DNA from: Octopus sinensis
Taxonomy: Eukaryota
NCBI RefSeq assembly: GCF_006345805.1
Contig: NC_043003.1
Coordinates: forward strand, 86,056,001-86,120,000
Direction of reading: 5' to 3'
DNA: 64,000 nt
The position numbers and the translations under genes were made by a program. The notes under the pieces were generated by a model that was not told the DNA's origin, made no database searches, and was given only the letters and a program-made list of their open reading frames with translations. Position 1 is the first letter of the stretch, and every line of letters begins with the position of its first letter. Shown here one piece after another: positions 42,724 through 55,540 of the stretch.

Positions 42724-43859
42724 TATATTAACGTTTCTTTGACATTTAAACGACTCTAGTGTGCTGTTATCGTCTTCGCGACGATGATGAGACCCACCAA
42801 CTTACCTCGACTGCTTTACTATTTCTACTTTGCAGCTATACACGCTTATCGGAAAATTAAATGTATATCATGAACATCAGCATCAATACTTCACTCTGGT
42901 CAAACACATTATGTGCTACTAAATACTAAATATATCTCAACTCCAACAATATATATATATATATTATATATATATATATAAAAGAACGATCGGCAAATGT
43001 CACACGTCTGCAGTAAGATATTTAGAATATCACTCGAGACTTACAATCTGAAATAGTTTGAAGTGAATGACAGTTTACCAACACGAACATATTTTACACG
43101 CAGTTGATGTTGTGTTCTGTACAGAAACAACGTCTTCATAAATGTTTCCCTAAAACTATAAGAGCCTAACGTAAAGTATACTAGCCATCTCAATATGGCT
43201 AACCACTAAGGGTGGGTGTTACTGTAGCTTTTAGCCCCAGGAGATCATCGTCTCCAGCTGGCTTTAGGCACACTTTCTGTGCTCTTATGACAAGGTTACT
43301 GTTTACATCTCGTTCAGAGATTTATTATTGCTATAAGAGTCTAAATTTGTCAAGTAAAACGGGAGAATGCGAACCGCTGTGTGATATCACATCTTTATTT
43401 GAAGTCTGCTGTAATTCAAGCAAAAGATTTTGCTACGAGAAAAATTAAAACGGTATTAATAGGTTTTGAGAATTTCAACTTCGATGTTGTCTTCTTGGTG
43501 TTAGGGTTTCTTACTATTTTTTCTGGGTCTAATTCAGCTCGGTTCGAGTAGGTGTGAATAGAACTCTGAATAAGGATATTTCAAGGCCCACCATAATACC
43601 ATTGTTTTTGTATTTTCAAGTACAGTGTCTCTATGTTTATATTATTAACTGTGTTTATTTTTAGGAAAGGCATTTAACGGTGATTTGGCTGGTAATTCTT
43701 GTTGCTTGAGTGGTGTCATAGAAGCTCTCTCATTCGTTAGTTTGTCCAATATGAAATCAAACTTTTAGAATAGTACGTCTGTCAACTGGCGTAGCGTACT
43801 CAGGAATGCAGTTCTATGAATAGGTGAAATTGAACTTCAATATAATAGTAACCACATTG

Positions 43860-44960
43860 CACTGCTACACGTTAGTCATTGACTTACACGCGCTAGAGTA
43901 AGCGTACGTTTAGTGATTTCTGCTGTTTGTTGCAATTTGACAAATTAAATGTTTGGAAGAGCAGTGTGTTTGTGTGATTATTCTGTTTCAAACTGGAGAC
44001 AACATTTACAGAAACTGTTCTAATGGCGCATCAAGCTTATGGAAAGGATTATTTAAGTAGAATATAAAAGCATCGGCTGTACACAACAGCGTCAGTAGTA
44101 CACAATGTCAGCATTTCAATTCAAGAGGAGCATCCATCGAAGGCATTTCTGATACTAGATGCCTTTCAACAACAAAACTGCGAAAGTGCGGAATGTGATC
44201 TGTAAAACTCATCCATGAAATATCCGAGGGCTATAAAAGATTGCACCACATAATTTGGAAAGGAAAATATCAAAAAACATTGTGTTGTTATAAGTTCTGT
44301 GTATATTTAGTACTAGCAAAAAAGTGAGTCACAATTAATAAGAACGTGTTCGATCATCGTTGAAATGTTGATGAAAACTTCTGAAAGGAAAAATAAAAAA
44401 GAACATGCAAAACGTGGGTGATGGCTGCAATATAGAAATAGTTAGGCAGTGATGGGGAGTTGTTGAGTTTCATTTTCCTCGTCGCCGTGGAGATAAAAGG
44501 ACATTAGAATCTCTCAAATGTCAAAGACATGGTATTATTTTTAGCCTTGATAGAGCGTTGTTCATCAGTTTATTCCACATGAGATGACTAATAAAGAGTT
44601 TTATTTTAATGTCTTGAGGGGTTTGAGAGAGGCAGTGTGAATGACGAGGCCTGATGTATAGACAAACAAAACCCTGATGCTACAACATGACATCACATCT
44701 GCTCACGCATCATCTCATCCGTGACGTTTTCGCAAAGTAAAAGTAGAATCTAATCTTCTGGATTAGGCGCATGCTGACTTGTTTTGTTCCCAATGTAAAA
44801 ACCCACACTGAAAGTAGCCGATCCCGGTCGAGAATGAAGGAAATTCACTCCGAAAACTGCGCAATATCTTTGAAAACGTATTACAGGAAGCGTTCTACAA
44901 CTGGGAGCGGTATATTAACAGCGAAAAAACAAGGCTGATTGAATGGTAACTAAAGTAATA
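43860..44960 (+). mobile_element. Old mariner relic
   Basis: CFKLETTFTETVLMAHQAYGKDYLSR N-terminus near 43985; DFVLFP-like C-terminal remnant near 44780. Confidence 0.55.
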
Positions 44961-45555
44961 CATTTTAATTTCCTCCCCAATTTGTTTTTTGCTTCAGCCT
45001 TGCTAAACGAACTTCGATGATCTATCCACTGTTCAGGACATTGATTGTGACAGGAAGTTAAAATTTCAGTAAAGTGAGACATACTCAACTATGCAGAAGA
45101 ATTGGCTACAGTTACTATAATGAGTTTCGGGAATTTAATCCCAGAAAAATGGGAAAATCTATAAATACTATATATAAAATTGATATAATGTAAAGCAAAA
45201 GAGAAAAAAAGACAAACAATCCAACAAAAATAACCCAAGAAAAATTCATACATTTATCAATACTCCATCGTCGCAGAAGATAAATTTATTAAATAACTGT
45301 ATATATTGAATTGTAATCCCAGTACGACGGGGAAAGATGCTTAGTTTGTTGCAAAACATTTCATTCGTGCATTTGTAATTTGCAACTTCGGAAATTATAC
45401 GGAATACATACTCGACTGTCTAAACTGATAAATATAACAATTTGTGAAATTAATGGGCAATCCGTACCCACATTAGCGAAAGACAGATTCAATATATATG
45501 TATATATTTATGTATATGTATATGTGAATGTATTTATATATGTATATGTAAATGT

Positions 45556-45617
<62 letters not shown>

Positions 45618-46719
45618 TTATGTGTGTGTGTGTGTGTGTGTGTGTGTATGCATATGTATGTATGTGTGTGTGAATGTGCAATTTCAAGAAAATTCAATAG
45701 ACTATATCTCTGCAATTTGTAGCTATAAAATTATTGAGAAGATGCAACTCTGAATATAGACTCACATGTGCCTTCAGATAACTATTAACTATGATTTCAA
45801 TATTCAGTTCTTTTTTATATTACAATCCAACGAAGCAGTATTGAATTTTCCATCGAACTGTGTTTTTCAATGCAGTATCATAATATGTTGAAGACTAACT
45901 TTATGTTAGTTATAAAAATAAATGTTAAAGACAAGAAAAAATTGATTTCGGGAAGTATACAAATTAGAACAAGTATACAATTGTGCATGAGTCAGTGTCA
46001 CTTTAAGGATCGTTTTATAGTATTGTTTATATAAATAAAAGTTCTTTAGAATTTAGAAAACTAATAATTGGCCAATCTTTACATCTAATAGTGTTACTTA
46101 TTCAAAGTATTGATGTTATTGAGCTTACTCAACATGATGTGAAAATCGACAGAGATGTGAGCATATTGTGTATTTAGTAGAATATATTCAATGCCAACGA
46201 TAACAAGAAGAGGAAATTAGTTCAGTGGAGTAGTACATTTTGTAGTTGTTGTACAAGGAGCAGATAAGAGGATAGAGAGCATTGGTTTCTGGGTGGTTGA
46301 AGTGTATGGATCAGTTTTGATTTGCTTATCTGTTCGGTTCCAGCATTTTAATTTTTGTATATGGTGCGGTAGAAGTTTGTGTTTAACAACTACATCATAC
46401 AGTTATCTCTGTTGTTTCTGGATCTGACACGAAACTTTTATCTTTCGGACGCAGTTTCACATATACTCCATATATAGTTCATCTAAAGAGGTTATGGTGG
46501 AGTGAAAGGTAGAATTTTATCAGTATAAGAGTGTGCCTGTCGAGATAAAAGAGATGTTTACAAATTCTCGACAATGTGTAATGAGCAGTCATCCATCCAT
46601 CCATCCATCCCACCATCCGTCCGTCCGTCCGTCCGTTCATCCGTTTATTTATCTGTCTGTCGGTCTCTCCGTCTGTCTGCCTGCAAGTCTGTCTACCAGC
46701 CTTTTTGCCTGTCAGTGCA

Positions 46720-47790
46720 TCTCCTTGTTCCTAATTAAAAATGAATTTAACTTTCATTCCGGTTACCATTAATTAACATTTGAAATGGATAGACAATAGG
46801 TTCGTATTCGCGTTGTAATGCTTTTTTCTTTTTAAAAAATGAGAAAATACTGCAAAAACTTGCAAAAACATTTGTGAAGTTTATGGTGATAATACTGTAG
46901 GTGAATGTTCGAAGGTTGTTTGCAAAATTTAAAGCTGGAGAGTTTAGCTTGGAAAATGACAGTCTTCAAAATTGGATTACGATATTTTTAAGGCAAAAGT
47001 CGAAGAAAACTCAAATATCACGACTAGAGAACTTGCAGAGGAGTTTCGAAAAATACGATTCACGATCACCTAGTGAAGCTAGGATACATTTCTCGCTATA
47101 ATGTATGGATCCCACACAAACTCTCAGAAAAGATTTGCTTGGACCAGTATTCTGTTTGTGATATGTTTTTGAAACGGAATGAAAGCAGGCCTTTTTTGAA
47201 ACAACTTGTGGAGATGAAAAATGGATTGTGTGCGAAAAAATCCTGGAGATTGCGTAAGGATTTCCCAAAACAGTAACCAAAGACGAATATCCATGCCAGA
47301 AAAGCTATGCTTCGTGTTTGGTAGGATCATGAAGGCATTATTTATTATGAGCTTTATCCATAGAACCAGACCATTAGTTCTGATGTGTACTGTCGTCAGC
47401 TGACGAATTTGAACTTAAAAAACCAGAGAATTGAGACCGGGGATTGTTAACAGGAAAGGGGTAGCTTTCCAACAAGATAAAGCCTATCCAAACAAAGTTA
47501 CATGAAATTGGCTGGGATCTCTTGCCCCATCCGCCATATTCTCCTGATATTGCGCCATTCGACTACCACTTGATTTTGACTCTACAGAACTCATTTCAAG
47601 GAAAAAACATTTGACGATTTAGATAGAGTCGAAATGCACTTTATTCTTCAAAACCACTCAAATTTTATTCTGATGGAATATCTAAATTTCCTGATAGATG
47701 GGCAACGATCATTAATAATAATAGAAATTATTTCATTGAATCAAATTATCGAAAGGTCAATTATTTATATCCCTTATTGCACATTAAGAT
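46720..47790 (+). mobile_element. Mariner transposase relic
   Basis: RRLFAKFKAGEFSLEN; WIPHKLSE; LPHPPYSPDIAPFDYHL; frameshifted; TIRs not clearly resolved. Confidence 0.85.
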
Positions 47791-47801
47791 ACGTTCAGAA
47801 A

Positions 47802-47838
<37 letters not shown>

Positions 47839-47957
47839 ATAATATATATATATATCAAATGTGAGGATAAAATTCTTTTCGAAAAAAATATTTTATCGAA
47901 AAAAATCTTATCAATGGCCAGCATATTAAAAAATACCTTTAACAGTTAAATTTATAA

Positions 47958-48323
47958 ACAATTTATAAATGAGGGCAAAGGAAAAAAATTATAATGCCAA
48001 ATATGCCGAAAAATTTGACATATTGTCCATTAACCATATAATTTTTCACAATACGCACGCTACTCGTAAAAAGGTCGACAGAAATTTCTAAAAAATTCCA
48101 TTATTATCATATCGGACCGATTTCAGAGTTAGCTGAGGGCTCTTAGTAGCTAATTCTGAAATCGGTCCGATATGGTAATAATGGATTTTTTTAGAAATTT
48201 CTGTCGACCTTTTTTCGAGTAGCGTGCGTATTGTGAAAAATTATATGGTTAATGGACAATATGTCCAATTTTTCGGCATATTTGGCATTAGAATTTTTTT
48301 CCTTTGCCCTCATTTATGAATTG

Positions 48324-48324
<1 letters not shown>
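47958..48324. repeat. Near-perfect hairpin with about 175-bp arms
   Basis: 47958-48134 is the reverse complement of 48148-48324 with few mismatches; 13-nt loop GAGGGCTCTTAGT. Confidence 0.9.
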
Positions 48325-48412
<88 letters not shown>

Positions 48413-48467
48413 AATATATATATACATAAATATATACATATATATACAATATAGATATACATATTAC

Positions 48468-49145
48468 ATCAAGGAACGGCCATAAAGGCCATTCACCCAT
48501 AGAAATAACAGCCAAAGCTCAACCGACCAAAAAACATCAATTCCGTAAACCAGGAGAAAATTAAAAAAACATTTACCCTCTAATTTCTTATACGATGCAC
48601 CGTTTCATCTACTGTTTAATGGTAAACTAACCTGATTAAATTAAATCAAGCCAATCTTCTGAATTTTCTGGTTAATTCCGTAAGGGAATCGGCGGCTTAT
48701 ATTTATTTGCTGCCGATAAATTTGGCGCGAGTGCGATGATTTGAAAATTTTAGGTCAGATATTGCCGAGGCAGAGACGGAAATGCCTCGTGAAAATATCT
48801 GTTCCGACTTGGCTATTTCTTACTGATGATTCTAAGGGCCTATGGAAGATTGGCTTGATTTAATTTAATCAGGTTAGTTTACCATTAAACAGTAGATGAA
48901 ACGGTGCATCGTATAAGAAATTAGAGGGTAAATGTTTTTTAATTTTCTCCTGGTTACGGAATTGATGTTATTTTGCGGTTGAAGCTTTGGCTGTTATTTC
49001 TAGTGGGTGAATGGCCTATTATGGCCGTTCCTTGATTGTGATGTTGAACTTAAAAATGGTCTATGACTATTTAATTTTTTCCCACTAGGCCGCTGGTGGC
49101 AAAAAAATTCTACAAAATTTTTTGCCACCCTATATTGATTAATTA
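48468..49145. mobile_element. (TA)n-embedded fold-back element carrying a hammerhead (probably PLE pLTR-derived)
   Basis: About 192-bp inverted arms 48468-48659 and 48845-49036, 185-bp spacer, about 110-bp unpaired tail with a GGTGGCAAAAAA/TTTTTTGCCACC hairpin; TA-rich microsatellites on both sides. Confidence 0.8.
48815..48921 (+). ncRNA. Type I hammerhead ribozyme motif with complete core
   Basis: Stem I ATTTCTTA (48815-22)/TAAGAAAT (48914-21); CTGATGA 48823-29; long stem II opened by TCTA/TAGA; GAAA 48898-901; near-palindromic helix III ACGGTGCATCGT; cleavage triplet GTA 48911-13. Confidence 0.8.
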
Positions 49146-49474
49146 TATATATATATATATATACATACATACATATATACATACATATATACATATATAT
49201 ATACATACATATATATATATATACATACATATATATATATATACATACATATATACATATATATATACATACATATATACATACATAATATACATACATA
49301 TATATATACATATATACATACATATATATATATACATACATATACATATACATACATATATACATACATATATATATATACATACATATATATATATACA
49401 TACATATATACATACATATATATATACATACATATACATACATATATATATATACATATATATATATACATATA

Positions 49475-49542
<68 letters not shown>

Positions 49543-49543
49543 C

Positions 49544-49576
<33 letters not shown>

Positions 49577-49661
49577 CATACATACATATATACATATATA
49601 CATACATATATACATACATATATACATATATACATACATATATACATACATATATACATAC

Positions 49662-49698
<37 letters not shown>

Positions 49699-49860
49699 CA
49701 TACATATATACATATATATACATATATACATATATATATACATACATATATACACAAATACACACACACACACACACACCACACACATATATTATTATAT
49801 ATATATATATATATATTAATATATATATATATATATGATATATATATATATATATATATA
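49140..49860. repeat. Compound (TA)/(TACA) microsatellite, about 720 bp
   Basis: Direct inspection; it is the source of the 200-280 aa I/Y/H/T pseudo-ORFs. Confidence 0.95.
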
Positions 49861-51091
49861 TAAATGGACGGTATTTGAGGACAGATTTATTTATAGAAAA
49901 ACGTATATAATAACAGATTAGAACTTTATCAAAAAATGCTATGTGGATAAAAATAAACCTCATAATTTTATGCAATGAAGCCACTTCAGTTTCATTAACT
50001 TCTTCTATATGAGATCTGAATCACCTATATGCTCGAATCAAGTGGTCCTGGTTCATTTTGTATATTAGTCTGCCTATGGTTGCTTTCAAAGTATTTTTGG
50101 TGTTATGGGCGTGTTCTTTGGCTTCTCTCTCAACAACGCTTCATGTGTAATAGTACAATGGATTGAGATCTGGGGAAGAAGGAGGCCAAATGTTATGGGT
50201 TATGTGATCATAAAAATTTTCAGCCATCCATTCTTGTGCTACTAGAGCCATGTTTGATAGTACAGAGTCTTACTGAAACACACATGGCCTTTCAATGCAT
50301 ACACTGTCTATCCATGACAGCAATTATTTCCAGGACCTCAATGTAGGCAGCAGAGTTAACTTTAAGGCCTTGTGGAAAGAAGTAAGGTGGTATAGCATGT
50401 CCTTCATTCCTGACATCCCCTAAAATTTTGACAATTGCAGGAAATTTTGTATGCATAACACTTGGAACTTCAGAAGGGTTTGCACATAACCATCCGTAAT
50501 TTCTTCTGTAAACTTTTTGATCTTGATCAAAATTTTTCTCATTTGAGAAAAACCAAATCAAATCTTCTGCTGGGTTTTTCAGTATGTTTAAGAGCCCTTT
50601 AGACCTGCTGTAGTGATTTTCGTTTGGCTTTTCTAACAAACTGACCTTTCCTCATCATATAAGACATATCTGATGTCTTCGTGGACAACACTTCTGACTA
50701 TCCATTCTGATACATGGAGATCTTTTGCAAGTGACCTCATGGACTTTCTGGGATTGTAATCAATGGCCTGTTGAACTTGCTGGATAAATGGAGATGCTCC
50801 GATGATTTCAGTGTGTTTAGAATGCTTTGTATGCTTGTGATACTGGTGATACGCTTCCATCATAAGTCTCTAACTCCTTAAAAACTTTGTATATGAAAGA
50901 TCTGGCAACTTTTAAAATCGAGATATTTCTAAACCGCTATACTCAGCCTTTATAAACCACAATAACAGCATGCCTCTTCATTTCTTGAGTAAGGTGCTAT
51001 TATTATTCTCTGAAACAAAGATTATACAGATACAGCAAAAAATGTAGGAATGACCCCAAAAAGGTATACCTCAAATACCTTACGCACTCTG
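49861..51091 (-). mobile_element. maT/mori-type (DD37D) Tc1/mariner relic
   Basis: FFSNEKNFDQDQKVYRRN...VMHTKFPA...PPYFFPQGLKVN; TIR core GGTATTTGAGG (49870) / CCTCAAATACC (51069); TA at the right end. Confidence 0.75.
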
Positions 51092-51105
51092 TATAACTAT
51101 ATATG

Positions 51106-51137
<32 letters not shown>

Positions 51138-51159
51138 TGTATGTATGTATGTATGTATT

Positions 51160-51211
<52 letters not shown>

Positions 51212-51214
<3 letters not shown>

Positions 51215-51284
51215 CCCCGGGCCGACCAATGCCTTGTGAGTGGATTTGGTAGACGGAAACTGAAAGAAGCCTGTCGTATATATG

Positions 51285-51317
<33 letters not shown>

Positions 51318-51481
51318 TTGTGTGCTGGTGTGTTTACATCCCCCGTCACTTAGCGGTTCGGCAAAAAGAGACCGATAGAATAAGTACTGGGCTTACAAAG
51401 AATAAGTCCCGGGGTCGATTTGCTCGACTAAAGGCGGTGCTCCAGCATGTCCGCAGTCAAATGACTGAAACAAGTAAAAGA
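51212..51481 (+). mobile_element. SINE family A, 5'-truncated
   Basis: Matches the 3' two-thirds of the 42317 copy. Confidence 0.8.
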
Positions 51482-51502
51482 AAAAAAAAAGAAAATTATA
51501 TA

Positions 51503-52064
51503 TATACACGAGCAAAACGCACCACCCGTTCAATGGACGGTGCTGAGTTGTCAATAATTTAACTCAAATTTTCTCAAAACAATTTGTCCGACCGTCCCAT
51601 AGGCCTCCCCTTTGAGAAACACTTACTTAACCTAAATTTGAGACACCAGCAAAAGAAGATATAAAGATAGACCTTTTCTATTCCAAAGAAAAACGATTTT
51701 ATTCATACAAATATGCAACCGAAGAGTTTAAAGTACCAGTAATGATAAGGCTATTGACTGGGAGAACACCAATATTGTTTAAGCAGTAAGCTTGGCAGGA
51801 AAGAAACGTGCCTTTAAGCAGTAAAAAAGCAACAAAAAATGGAAGGTGCAGTTGCGTACAGGTTGACGGAAGAAAAGCAGGACAAAAACGGCTTTATCGA
51901 TCGCATTCTCATCTGGAATCAATTTTTGTAATTTTTTCAAGACTTATACATGCCCTGATACCATCGGTATCTACATATCAAATTTGAGCGCAATCGGATG
52001 GAGGATGCCCGAGATGCTAGAAGACACTCACACAGACAGAGAGAACGGATTTTATATAACAGAT
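51503..52064 (+). mobile_element. Non-autonomous Helitron/Helentron-like element
   Basis: Ends CAAATTTGAGCGCAATCGGATG...CACAGACAGAGAGAACGGATTTTATATAACAGAT, the same end architecture as the 53519 element. Confidence 0.45.
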
Positions 52065-52270
52065 ATACAAATTTACGTATATATATATATACACATTTAT
52101 ATAATAAATACACATATATGTAAATATTTATATGTGCACACACACACAAACACACAAACACACATAAAGTTTCGTTGATGTAAACAGGAAAAATAGACCT
52201 AACAACATGAGTATATATATATGCATATGATGTACACATATACGCAGATATATATATATATATATATATA

Positions 52271-52702
52271 TCAACAATCAAGGAACGGCCATAATAGGCC
52301 ATTCACCCACTAGAAATAACAGCCAAAGCTTCAACCGCAAATAAAAATCAATTCCGTAAACCAGGAGAAAATTTAAAAAACATTTACCCTGTAATTTCTT
52401 ATACGATGCACCGTAATTTAATCAGGTTAGTTTACCATTAAACAGCAGATGAAACGGTGCATCGTATAAGAAATTACAGGGTAAATGTTTTTTTAATTTT
52501 CTCCTGATTTGCGGAATTGATTTTTATTTGCGGTTGAAGCTTTGGCTGTTATTTCTAGTGGGTGAATGGCCTATTATGGCCGTTCCTTGATTGTTGATGT
52601 TGAACTTAAAAATGGTCTATGACTATTTAATTTTTTCCCACTAGGCCGCTGGTGGCAAAAGAATTCTACAAAATTTTTTTGCCACCCTATATTGATTAAT
52701 TA
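52271..52702. mobile_element. Second, internally deleted copy of the 48468 fold-back element
   Basis: Same arms and tail; sequence equivalent to 48604-48861 is missing; flanked by (TA)n. Confidence 0.85.
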
Positions 52703-52705
52703 TAT

Positions 52706-52749
<44 letters not shown>

Positions 52750-52820
52750 TAAGTGTTTGTGTGTTTCTATATATATGTATATATTTACAAACATATAATC
52801 ATCTACAGCCATTTTACGTT

Positions 52821-52872
<52 letters not shown>

Positions 52873-53267
52873 TATATAAGTGTTAGGTGTGGTGTACAGA
52901 AATTGAATAATGAGAAAAAAGGTCGTCAGAATTTTGTAATAAATATTTATTTCTCCATTATTATTACCGCTTTCGTTCGTTTTTAGAACTTGTCAAATAG
53001 AATTTTGCGAATTTACAAACAGCTTGTTCATTTATATAAAACATGGGCGGAGGCGAATGTGTTTAGAAGAAGAGAACATTGTTTTTGTCTTTTTTGTGTG
53101 AGATTCCATGACAATAGAGATAGATAGAAATATAGGTAGATAGATAAATAGATCGATAGATAGATATAGATAGACAGATAGATAGGTAGAGAGAGAGAAA
53201 GGGGATCCCCCTTCCTTTTCACCATTCATTTATTTCTTTAACCATTTACCATATTATATATATATAT

Positions 53268-53337
53268 AGAACAAGTAGAAAGATAAATGTTTAATCAACG
53301 CGTAGATTCTGAACAGTACATATATAAGAATGAAATC

Positions 53338-53376
<39 letters not shown>

Positions 53377-53476
53377 CTTTTCAGTATCTACGCGTTGATT
53401 AAAAATTTATCATTCTACTTGTTCTACAATACATTTCAGCCCTTGGAAAACAAACTTGTTTGTTTACATCGGACGT

Positions 53477-53478
<2 letters not shown>
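53268..53478. repeat. (TA)n-flanked hairpin plus tail
   Basis: Inverted repeat 53268-53313 / 53380-53425 around an internal (TA)n, then a short tail. Confidence 0.75.
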
Positions 53479-53509
<31 letters not shown>

Positions 53510-53518
53510 TATATATAT

Positions 53519-54809
53519 AACTAGCAGCATAGCCCAGCGTTGCCCGGTTATGTAAGAAACTTTGTCGATAAACAATGCCCTTTACCTTTTTACCCTTTTT
53601 TGTACTCATTGAACTGTTATTTTGTAAAATGAAGCCTAAAAGGCATTAAGGCATTCAAGGCACCGTTCCCTTGCATGCATGATGAAAATCTATGACAGTC
53701 AAACTGCATTTTCTGGTTTTGTTTAGCACATCCAACCCAGTTCTGCGGGATCAGTGTCACGACGGGAACGCCTAGGTTGGGAGTTTGACAGGCAGAGGTG
53801 ATAAGGTTGCACATGCCGGCCCTTTTGACCCCCCCCCCCCCCGAAACCAAGTTGGGTTCGGACCACAGCTAAGCCCTACCTAATCCTAACTTAAGTCTAG
53901 CGAAAGGGGGCTCGGGAGCCTCTAGTAGGCAACGACTAATCCCGATCTAGTTCTTTCCCTCTAGGGAACGAAGGCACATGTGTAGGTTGCAACGTCTTCT
54001 CTTCACTCCAATACTTCTGTGTATACGACGTTCCTACCTGAAGCGGCAAAAATCGACTAAATCTCCTGAAATCCGCGAACTATTTAACAAAAGTCAGTTT
54101 TGTAGGGTTCGCATGGTCGGTCTCAAAGTGATATGGTTTTGTCGATTCTTAACTGCATTGACAAAAGGTCGTTAGTTTGACATTTAATGCAAACTTGATG
54201 TCCAACATCGGTGTAGGGAAAATCTATGTGAACTTTTAAAAATTATCGCAGAAAAATCGGTTTGCTATGTGTGCCACATATGATGTAATTAACCGATTTT
54301 TTCCAGTAATATCGTATCATATTGGAATCAAAAGGGCCATATAGCTCCTTGGAGCAGACATGATGCACGCTGTGAATTTCAAAAAAAATTCCTGCCAATT
54401 TGTTAAAGATATTGTCGAAAATATGTCATCTTGAATTTGAAAGCGATTTCCCAAAATGGCATGATTTTATCGATTTTTTTCTGATGGTAAGGTACTGCAT
54501 GGAAAACTAACTTAGGGTAACAGTAAGCTTCACCATGAGTTTGGTGAAAATCGATTGCAAGTTGCGAAAACTACAACGGAAAATGTGTTGCATATGATAA
54601 GCTTAGATTCTAGAACCCATGTCGAATTTATCGATTTTTTTCAGAACTGGAAGAACTTTTCAAAATTTTCGCTTCGTTAGTTTTGAATTATGACATTGGG
54701 CTATGTGTGTGTCAAGTGTCATCAGAATCGGTTGAAAGCCGTGGTCAGGGTGAGGGTGCAACCTAACAAACACACAGACAGACAAACTGCCTTTTATATA
54801 TATATAGAG
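53519..54809 (+). mobile_element. Non-autonomous Helitron/Helentron-like (Lep1/DINE-type) element
   Basis: Starts AACTAGC...CCCAGCGTTGCCCGG; ends AATCGGTTG...CACACAGACAGACAAACTGCCTTTTATATATATATAGA; no TIR or TSD seen. Confidence 0.5.
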
Positions 54810-54925
54810 ATGAAAGTGGAAGCACTTCAGATGTCAATAACAAGGAAGTTAGACGGCATGAGAGGCATTGACTATCGAGGTCGACTAAAAGAACTCAGTC
54901 TCTACTCACTCCAACACCACCGGAT
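54810..54925 (+). mobile_element. CR1/L2-group LINE short fragment
   Basis: MKVEALQMSITRKLDGMRGIDYRGRLKELSLYSLQ. Confidence 0.7.
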
Positions 54926-54979
54926 ATTATATATATATATATAACTTTGATGACTTTGATAGGTTTCGGTCAGTATAGG

Positions 54980-55540
54980 CCCAGTCCATGTCTAACTTAA
55001 TAGCACCACCTGGTGTAGTTTTTTTAGTCATATATGGGGCACCATGGCCCACTATAGCAAAGAGTTACTATTGTTGGCGACATATCTGGGTGTAGGAGGT
55101 TGTTCAGGTATTACTGAAGAAATTTGTGCGATGAACTTTTGAATTTTATGGGATCCGTTTCTGTTTTGAAGTATTTTCGTATGGATTTAAAGACAGCTGG
55201 ACCGGTTGAAGTAAAGTAATTGTGACGAAATGTTGCTATGTGTCTTGAGTTCGATTTTTGTAATGGGCGGATAGCACGCGGCCAAGTCTTGGATGGATTT
55301 TAAAATTGATGTCAACATAATTTGTGCAATATTGATGGAATATTTTCCACACCATACAAATGATATAGCGCTCCCGACAGTGTTGGAGAGAGTAGTGATT
55401 GAGTGTTTTTCGTTGATGCCCAATAGTCAATGCCTCTCATACCGTGTGTCTTTCTTGTTATTAACCACTGAAGTGCTTCTACTTTCATAATGAGTTACTT
55501 CGTATGGGGAGACCACAGTAGGCAACAGTATTCGAGGTGG
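54980..55540 (-). mobile_element. CR1/L2-group LINE 3' fragment
   Basis: HYSLQHCRERYIICMVWKIF...HPRLGR. Confidence 0.75.

Noticed and set aside
49000-49984. Long 213-281 aa ORFs, and dozens of similar I/Y/H/T/C/V-rich ORFs elsewhere
   Set aside because: They are stop-free readings of (TA)/(TACA)/(CA)/(TATC) microsatellites.
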